Source: Candidatus Micrarchaeota archaeon
GTDB taxonomy: Archaea; Micrarchaeota; Micrarchaeia; Anstonellales; Bilamarchaeaceae
DNA: 33,898 nucleotides
Assembly: GCA_043827025.1 (NCBI GenBank)
Contig: JBDRPL010000018.1
Span: 1 to 33,898 of the forward strand
Reading direction: 5' to 3'
The notes below the pieces were generated by a model that was not told where the DNA came from, searched no databases, and saw only the letters and a program-made list of their open reading frames with translations. Below are positions 28,017-33,898 of the stretch, piece after piece. The translations under genes were made by a program, and so were the position numbers. The first letter of the stretch is position 1; each line of letters starts with the position of its first letter.

Positions 28017-28373
28017 TTAAAAGGACTCATGCACAATTTTCCTGATCTTGAAAAATCGTTTCGTAGCTCCAAGCGCCTTCTTTTCATCAAAGCCTTTGCA
28101 TGTGTAGATTATACATGAAATAAATTTTGCATTCGACCAAATGTATACAGAGATTCCTGAATCAATAAGCGGGACGAATGCATCGTATCCTTGATTTTCT
28201 TTCTTACCCATTCCGTTCGGAGAGAAGATTATTGGTTTTCCGTACATCTTGAGTTTTAGCTCTTTCGTAATATTCGAAAAATAGCTTTCAATCTTCTTTT
28301 TGTCCACTTTGACAGTGAAAAATCCTTCAATCAATAGTCTTTGCCTGAAGATGTCTGGAGCGATGTTTTTCAT
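28017..28373 (-). CDS. S-adenosylmethionine decarboxylase (SpeD/SpeH)-like protein
   Basis: GYDAFVPLIDSGISVYIW...IIYTCK aligns with GxTxxxxLxESHxSxHTW...DxYTC; size fits class 1B. Confidence 0.75.
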   Translation of the reverse strand: MKNIAPDIFRQRLLIEGFFTVKVDKKKIESYFSNITKELKLKMYGKPIIFSPNGMGKKENQGYDAFVPLIDSGISVYIWSNAKFISCIIYTCKGFDEKKALGATKRFFKIRKIVHESF

Positions 28374-28406
28374 AATTAGATAAATAAATGAAAAATTAAA
28401 AAGAAT

Positions 28407-28586
28407 TCACTTTACCTTTATCGCATATCTTCCAACCGAGTTTATTTCGGTTATCTTTGCGATCTCTGATTTTTCAGGGTCAAGTATGACTATGATTCCG
28501 TGGAACTTTTCTGTCAGTTCGCCTTGGCACTTTGGGCATACCTTTTCAGTTTCCACGATGTATCTGCAAGTTCTACAAGCCTTCAT
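28407..28586 (-). CDS. spt4: Transcription elongation factor Spt4 (RpoE'')
   Basis: Below the track cutoff. MKACRTCRYIVETEKVCPKCQGELTEKFHGIIVILDPEKSEIAKITEINSVGRYAIKVK; ATGA overlap with rpoE'. Confidence 0.95.
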   Translation of the reverse strand: MKACRTCRYIVETEKVCPKCQGELTEKFHGIIVILDPEKSEIAKITEINSVGRYAIKVK

Positions 28587-29188
28587 TTGCTTTCACCTTT
28601 TGCATCTTCGTTCTTGGCCTTTTTCTTTTCAACTTTTATTTCAGCCTTCTTATCCCTTTCCATCCATTCGTTTCTTCCAAGTCCATCCGGCCTCATGGTC
28701 AATCCAATCTTTGTTTCATTTGCATGTGACTTAAGACTGACTGTGGAGATTTTGACAAGTATGTCATCGCCTTTTTTCAGGTTTTTCTTTTCAGCCCTTG
28801 AGCCTAATGTCTTGGTTTTCTTGTCGTAGAAGAATTTTTCCTTTGATATCTGGGAAACATGGAGAAGTCCCTGGAACGGACCTATGCTTGCGAATGCGCC
28901 GAACTCTACAGTTTCCTTTATTTCAGCTTCATAGACTTCATTTACCTGTGGCATGAAACTCAATGCTTCCAATTCCACATCGTAATATGCGCCTGCATCT
29001 CCTGGAATGACAACTCCCTCGCTTAGTATCTTGATGCTGTTTATTGAGATTATCATTCCAATGTTTGGGTAGATTCGTCTTTCATATCGTTCACGAACTA
29101 TTTTCATGACTGCGTCGGATATCTTGCTTCCGAATAAATCTGGAGGTACCCTAATCCTGTCTTGCATTGTTTTTGAATAATACATCAT
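28583..29188 (-). CDS. rpoE: DNA-directed RNA polymerase subunit E' (Rpo7)
   Basis: IRVPPDLFG, IPGDAGAYY, EFGAF..IGPFQGLLHVSQI, KIGLTMR..GLG. Confidence 0.96.
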   Translation of the reverse strand: MMYYSKTMQDRIRVPPDLFGSKISDAVMKIVRERYERRIYPNIGMIISINSIKILSEGVVIPGDAGAYYDVELEALSFMPQVNEVYEAEIKETVEFGAFASIGPFQGLLHVSQISKEKFFYDKKTKTLGSRAEKKNLKKGDDILVKISTVSLKSHANETKIGLTMRPDGLGRNEWMERDKKAEIKVEKKKAKNEDAKGESK

Positions 29189-29200
29189 TTCACCTTATAT

Positions 29201-29270
29201 GCGCTTTTCGACAAATTGAAACTGCGTCGATCGCCTATGCGCAAAGCATAGGAGAGTCTAACTCTCGCGC
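29201..29270 (-). ncRNA. Candidate structured RNA (four-way junction) in the rpoE' leader
   Basis: GCGC [GAGAGT-TAG-ACTCTC] [CTATGC-TTTGC-GCATAG] GCGA [TCGAC-N13-GTCGA] AAA GCGC. Confidence 0.4.
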
Positions 29271-29304
29271 TTGAAGAGTAAATATTATGTGCTGTGATAG
29301 GTTT

Positions 29305-29823
29305 TTAATCCTGCACAGTGCCGAAAATCGTTGCTGCTGTGGAAAGTTGGCTCTGTTGGTAGCCTTCAGTCAATTGAGCATATTCTTTAAGTTCTTTAGA
29401 AACCAGTATTCGCGTTCTGCGTCCAAGCATTCCTGCAAGTTCAGTTGCGGTGCCATTCAATTTTCCTTCTTTATCTACGAAGATGCCTGCAATTGCATTT
29501 GCAGTTGCACTTGCGTCGATGTGTTCAGCAATCTGGACAACTACTCTTTGAGGGAGGGCGCCATTTCCTGTTTCAAGCAATCCGTTCACTACCTCTTTTC
29601 TTTGCTTTTCATTAGGGTCTTTTCTTGAAAGCCCAAACCAGATTTGTTTGGCCATCTCAAAGTTTGCAGATTCCGAAAGGGATTTTATTGCTGCCGCGAC
29701 ATCGAATTCGCGGGTAAGGCCTCCGGCTGCCATCCACTCAAGTTCCTTTGCACGAATTCTCGGTGTTTCTTTTCTAGTTTTCGGTCTTTGGCTTCCATTT
29801 TTTGTTTGCTGTACCTTTGCCAT
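29305..29823 (-). CDS. Hypothetical protein
   Basis: 172-aa ORF with a basic, disordered-looking N-terminus. Confidence 0.65.
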   Translation of the reverse strand: MAKVQQTKNGSQRPKTRKETPRIRAKELEWMAAGGLTREFDVAAAIKSLSESANFEMAKQIWFGLSRKDPNEKQRKEVVNGLLETGNGALPQRVVVQIAEHIDASATANAIAGIFVDKEGKLNGTATELAGMLGRRTRILVSKELKEYAQLTEGYQQSQLSTAATIFGTVQD

Positions 29824-29985
29824 AATATCAACATCTCAAATAGTTGCAATTTATGTATTAACATATATTTTAATACTTTTCTTTTGGTTGGCTGTTTTTA
29901 GTCGCGTTAGACAGAAGGCTAAGCAAAATAACAACTCTTTAAATCCTTTTATCTCAATCTTATTATCTCAATACGAGGTCATCAA

Positions 29986-31512
29986 ATGAAACTCTATGAG
30001 CGAATAATCGAATTGGCATTGCAGCGTTCAATATTCTTTCCAAGCAACGAGATCTACAATCCAGTCAGTGGATTCTATGATTATGGCCCCGTTGGCGTAA
30101 GAATAAAGAACAAGATTCAAGATCTATGGAGAAAGATGTTCATAAGTCGCGAAGGGTTCCATGAAATCGAAACCTCGCTAGTTACACCGGAAATCGTGCT
30201 CAAGGCTTCGGGCCATGTGGATTCTTTTGCTGATCCTATTGTTGAATGCAAATCCTGCAAAGCAAATGTAAGGGCGGATCATCTTGTCGAAGAGGTTGAG
30301 CCAAAGTACAAGTTCGATGGCAACTTTGAACGATTAAATGCACTCATATCCCAGCATAAATTGAAATGCCCATCATGCAAGAAAGGCGAACTAACAGAAG
30401 CAGCAAGCTTCAATTTGATGTTCAAGACCGGAATCGGCGGCAATAGGGATGTCGGTTTCAACAGACCAGAAACAGCACAAGGAATCTTCACAGCATTTTC
30501 AAGATTATATAGAAACCATGGAGCTAAACTTCCATTGGCAGTTGGCCAGGTTGGAAGGAGTTTTAGAAATGAGATCTCGCCAAGGCAGGGTTTAGTGAGG
30601 ATGAGGGAATTCACCCAGATGGAATTGGAATATTTCTTCAATCCTGAATTCCAGGATATAGAAGGTGCAGAAGACCTTAGCCATGTCAAGATGACATTTG
30701 AGGTAAGCGGAAAGAAAGTTCACAAGACAATGAAAGAGGCTACGCATAACAAGATTTCAGCAAACAACATAATGTCCTATTTCCTTGCAAAGGAATGGTT
30801 CTTCTATAAGATGTGCGGCATTCCAGAAGAGAAAATGTATTTCAGAGTATTGGGAAAAGATGAATTACCACATTATTCAAAAAGTAATATCGACATGGAA
30901 GTTGAGACTTCATATGGCAACATTGAAACAATTGGAAATGCCCATAGAACAGATTACGACCTTTCACAGCATGCAAAGTTCAGCAGGAAAGATTTGGCAG
31001 TTTTTGATCCTGCAAATAACAAGAAATTGGTTCCGCATGTTTTCGAAGCATCTCTTGGGGTAGACAGGCTTTTCTTTTGCATACTCGAGCATTGCTTTAG
31101 GGAGAAGAAACAAACAGCAACTGGCGACTCAAAACTCAAAACCCAGGACTCAGGACACGAAACAGGCAAGGAATGGGATTGGTTTGATTTCCCTCCAGTG
31201 ATAGCGCCATACGATGTCTGCGTTTTCCCATTGATGAAAAAAGATGGTTTAGCAGAACTTGCAAAAGAAATTTCAAACAAGCTCATGGAAGAGCTTGATG
31301 TCCTTTATTCGGAAACAGGTGCAATTGGAAAAAGATATGCAAGGGCTGATGAGATCGGATGTCCATTTGCAATCACAGTTGATTATCAGACAAAAGATGA
31401 TCAAACTGTGACGTTAAGGTATAGGAATGATGGAAAACAGGAAAGGATTAAGGTTTCTGAACTATTGGGAAAGATCAAGGAAAATATTAAGAACAACAAG
31501 GTCAATCTATAA
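29986..31512 (+). CDS. glyS: Glycine--tRNA ligase (alpha2 type)
   Basis: GFYDYGPVG, ASGHVDSFADP, RPETAQGIF, FRNEISPRQG, REFTQMELE, IGKRYARADEIG. Confidence 0.97.
   Translation: MKLYERIIELALQRSIFFPSNEIYNPVSGFYDYGPVGVRIKNKIQDLWRKMFISREGFHEIETSLVTPEIVLKASGHVDSFADPIVECKSCKANVRADHLVEEVEPKYKFDGNFERLNALISQHKLKCPSCKKGELTEAASFNLMFKTGIGGNRDVGFNRPETAQGIFTAFSRLYRNHGAKLPLAVGQVGRSFRNEISPRQGLVRMREFTQMELEYFFNPEFQDIEGAEDLSHVKMTFEVSGKKVHKTMKEATHNKISANNIMSYFLAKEWFFYKMCGIPEEKMYFRVLGKDELPHYSKSNIDMEVETSYGNIETIGNAHRTDYDLSQHAKFSRKDLAVFDPANNKKLVPHVFEASLGVDRLFFCILEHCFREKKQTATGDSKLKTQDSGHETGKEWDWFDFPPVIAPYDVCVFPLMKKDGLAELAKEISNKLMEELDVLYSETGAIGKRYARADEIGCPFAITVDYQTKDDQTVTLRYRNDGKQERIKVSELLGKIKENIKNNKVNL
31120..31168 (+). 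repeat. Heptamer repeat tract inside glyS
   Basis: ACTGGCG ACTCAAA ACTCAAA ACCCAGG ACTCAGG ACACGAA ACAGGCA. Confidence 0.75.
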
Positions 31513-31522
31513 TTATGAATGA

Positions 31523-32602
31523 ATGGGCGTGAGAGTTATGGCAATGAAAAAATTATTTATTTTAGCTTTGATGATTTTGGCATTTGGAATGCTGTTTGGC
31601 TGTCTGGATATTTTAAATCCCTCGAAAGAGAACCAGACGACTGCCGGAGATGGCTCCACAGTTGTGGGTGACAATACTGTCAAGCCTAAGGATGACGGCC
31701 TTGTAATAATTGGTTCAACAAACCAGAGCGTTGTTGACGTGAATAACAACAACGTAAACAATATTACTAATGGGAATGGAGTTGTTCCCCAGACAGATGG
31801 CATGGGTTATACTTATGCGCCTGATGAGAAAATGGCAATCTATTTCATAGATGTTGGAGATGAAGAAAGGCACGGCGATTCAATTCTCATAAAGAAAGGG
31901 GATTTTGATATGCTTGTAGATGCAGGCACTGAGGAGAATGCTGGCAGGGTAGTTGATTTCTTGAAGGCGCATAATGTGGATGATATCGATGTGTTGGTTT
32001 CAACTTCAGCAATTGCTGAAAATTACGGTGGCATGAAACAGGTCTTGGACAATTTCAAGGTTGAGGAGTTGTGGTATGGCGGCAATTCTTTCAATAATCT
32101 CACTTATGAAGGCATACTCTCAGAAGCAGAATCAAAGGGAGCTAAGATTGTAGTTGTAGAAAGGGGTGATGAGAAGGATTTCAATGGTGCTGAATTTGAT
32201 ATCTTGAATCCGAAACGTGTTCCATTTGGGGATCCTGCAAATGATGCAATTGTCATAAAAATAACGAATGGTGTAAACACCTTCCTTTTGACTTCAGACA
32301 TAAAGACTGGGGCGCAGGGCGACCTCATGAACAATTATGATTTGAGAGGCGATGTGATCATGGTGCCTTATCATGGGCTTGGGGTGGGAAATCCTCAATT
32401 CAACTTTTTCTTATCCAAGACCACGCCTTCGTATTTTGTAATTACCGGAGGCTCGAATGATGATGCAGCTCATGGCGGGGACAGGCAGCCACTTTATAGG
32501 ATACTGGATATGAACAACATTCCTTACTTCGCTACATATGAAGGCGGAACAATACGAATTATCAGTGATGGGAGCGATTATACGATTCAGTACCTTCAGT
32601 GA
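31523..32602 (+). CDS. ComEC/Rec2-like MBL-fold lipoprotein with degenerate metal site
   Basis: LFGC lipobox-like signal; FIDVG...GDSILI, MLVDAG, ND.IVIK, FLLTSD, VPYHG. True start may be 31538 or 31544. Confidence 0.85.
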   Translation: MGVRVMAMKKLFILALMILAFGMLFGCLDILNPSKENQTTAGDGSTVVGDNTVKPKDDGLVIIGSTNQSVVDVNNNNVNNITNGNGVVPQTDGMGYTYAPDEKMAIYFIDVGDEERHGDSILIKKGDFDMLVDAGTEENAGRVVDFLKAHNVDDIDVLVSTSAIAENYGGMKQVLDNFKVEELWYGGNSFNNLTYEGILSEAESKGAKIVVVERGDEKDFNGAEFDILNPKRVPFGDPANDAIVIKITNGVNTFLLTSDIKTGAQGDLMNNYDLRGDVIMVPYHGLGVGNPQFNFFLSKTTPSYFVITGGSNDDAAHGGDRQPLYRILDMNNIPYFATYEGGTIRIISDGSDYTIQYLQ

Positions 32603-32718
32603 CTTTTCTTTTTCTTCTTCATATTTTTAGAAACAATTCCATATTATTGTATTATGCATAACTTTAAGAACACAATGCTACACCATGAGCCATATAATAT
32701 AAATAAATAGGTGATCTT

Positions 32719-33768
32719 ATGTGTGTACTAATTACGATCAGAAAAAGTAGATTGGATGAAAAGGGGAGTAGATTGCTTGGAATAAAACCTATGAGTCTTC
32801 CACCTGACTTTATTTCAAGGGCTGCAGAGAAACTTCAATCTGATAGTGCAGAAATGGAGATTCATCTTCTGGATGGAGATGTTCGAAGGATGCTAAGGAG
32901 GATTGCAAGATCGCCTCATCTTGCCAGAGTGGCAGGCCATTTTCTCGAAGACCCAAGTTTTTATCATACTTATAATTCTTTCACTGTTCTTCAAAAGGCT
33001 GCAGCCAATGAACAAAGCAGGCATGACTCTCTTGTTGCGCTGGTTGGTGCCCTTTCTTCGGACATTCCATTGGCACGAGGACTTGCTACAGGTGCTCTTG
33101 GAGAGGCTTCTTTATGCGGAGTGCCTTTAAGCCGCGAGGCAATTTATGCCCTTGTAGAAACGCTTTCAGATCCTGATTCGGGAGTTTCATTACGTGCTTC
33201 AGATGCACTTGCAAAAACAGTGACATCCACAGTGAACAGCCAGATTCTTGTTCCAGTGCTTATTGCCAGGGTTACACATGAGCTGGATGAAAAAACAAGA
33301 CAACAAATTTCCATGGTGCTTGCTGAAGGTGTAAAGCGCGAGCAGGTTAGCGAATTTGTTGTGGATGTTTTGACCTCTGCCCTTTCAGATATTCATCCTT
33401 CTGTGCGTAAGTGCGTTGCACATGCATTTTTCATTGCTGCAAAAGATAGTGCAGAAACAGTGGTTCCAGCAATACCTGCGCTTGTAAGCACACTCTCCAG
33501 TACTGATCCTGCTGTACGGATGGAAATCCTCAATGCCCTTTCATGCAGTGTGGCCAGACCTCATATTGGGGCAGTTATCCCTAAGGTAGTGGAAATCCTA
33601 AATTCAGACTGTGATCTTTTGGAGAAGGAGGCTGCCATGTGGGTATTGATAAATGCAGCTAAACATGGTTTTGATATCTTCTGTTCCAGAAGCGTGCTTT
33701 TGAGGTTGAATGACCCTCATTCCAATACTAACAATATGCTTATGGTATTGGCAAAACAACTTCTGTAA
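32719..33768 (+). CDS. HEAT-repeat protein
   Basis: Repeats such as ALVETLSDPDSGVSLRASDAL, LTSALSDIHPSVRKCVAHAF, ALVSTLSSTDPAVRMEILNAL; GGTGA RBS. Confidence 0.85.
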   Translation: MCVLITIRKSRLDEKGSRLLGIKPMSLPPDFISRAAEKLQSDSAEMEIHLLDGDVRRMLRRIARSPHLARVAGHFLEDPSFYHTYNSFTVLQKAAANEQSRHDSLVALVGALSSDIPLARGLATGALGEASLCGVPLSREAIYALVETLSDPDSGVSLRASDALAKTVTSTVNSQILVPVLIARVTHELDEKTRQQISMVLAEGVKREQVSEFVVDVLTSALSDIHPSVRKCVAHAFFIAAKDSAETVVPAIPALVSTLSSTDPAVRMEILNALSCSVARPHIGAVIPKVVEILNSDCDLLEKEAAMWVLINAAKHGFDIFCSRSVLLRLNDPHSNTNNMLMVLAKQLL

Positions 33769-33791
33769 AAAATGTAATTCAAGGACCGTAT

Positions 33792-33812
33792 GGAGTTGAC
33801 GGCTCCTTTTTT
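33792..33812 (+). terminator. Possible hairpin plus oligo-T terminator
   Basis: GGAG-N7-CTCC followed by T6, 24 nt after the stop codon. Confidence 0.35.
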
Positions 33813-33817
33813 ATCTC

Positions 33818-33898
33818 TTTGATTTGATGAACTGGGTCCATACCCCGCTACTCCCGATTGTTGCGTAGCGCAACAATGGGCATCTTGTTGCATTGCAA
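33818..33898. mobile_element. Second copy of the REP/MITE-like element (probably truncated by the window end)
   Basis: 32 bp identical to 3393-3424, then a different hairpin ATTGTTGCG-TAG-CGCAACAAT. Confidence 0.65.

Noticed and set aside
29201..29270. Functional tRNA-Gln(UUG)
   Set aside because: Closing stem is only 4 bp, with no D-loop GG and no canonical 7-nt T-loop; kept only as a structured RNA candidate.
1166..33130. Many short antisense or off-frame ORFs in the track
   Set aside because: They overlap well-supported genes and have no recognisable motifs.
1..33898. CRISPR array, cas genes, rRNA, integrase or transposase
   Set aside because: No regularly spaced repeat-spacer array and no recognisable motifs for these.

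Overview
Gene-dense archaeal chromosome segment. The gene set (GGGP synthase, archaeal HMG-CoA synthase, RpoE'/Spt4, Nre, eukaryote/archaea-type GlyRS), the GGTGA ribosome-binding sites and a multi-intron tRNA suggest a DPANN archaeon, probably Micrarchaeota; the taxonomy is inference. Most of the window is housekeeping genes mixed with orphan genes. The most notable locus is a minus-strand tRNA-Ile(UAU) gene (19944-20205) split by three BHB-type introns at 37/38, 53/54 and 59/60, two of which carry the same ~31-bp palindromic element. The tRNA 3' end is duplicated 2.8 kb away (17106-17122), bracketing an integrase-free mini-island that encodes a Schlafen/AlbA_2-HATPase-HTH protein, a DpnI-family nuclease and a small acidic protein, with heptamer-repeat tracts inside both edges. 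Other points of interest: a three-gene operon (including a PPM phosphatase fusion) whose products share a C-terminal membrane motif, a TTGAT-bounded REP/MITE-like element present twice, a duplicated gene start forming a uORF, a cloverleaf-like leader before rpoE', and three enzymes with altered catalytic motifs (PurQ Cys to Ala, His-less MBL lipoprotein, AdoMetDC-like). All family assignments are from motif recognition by eye; no searches were run.
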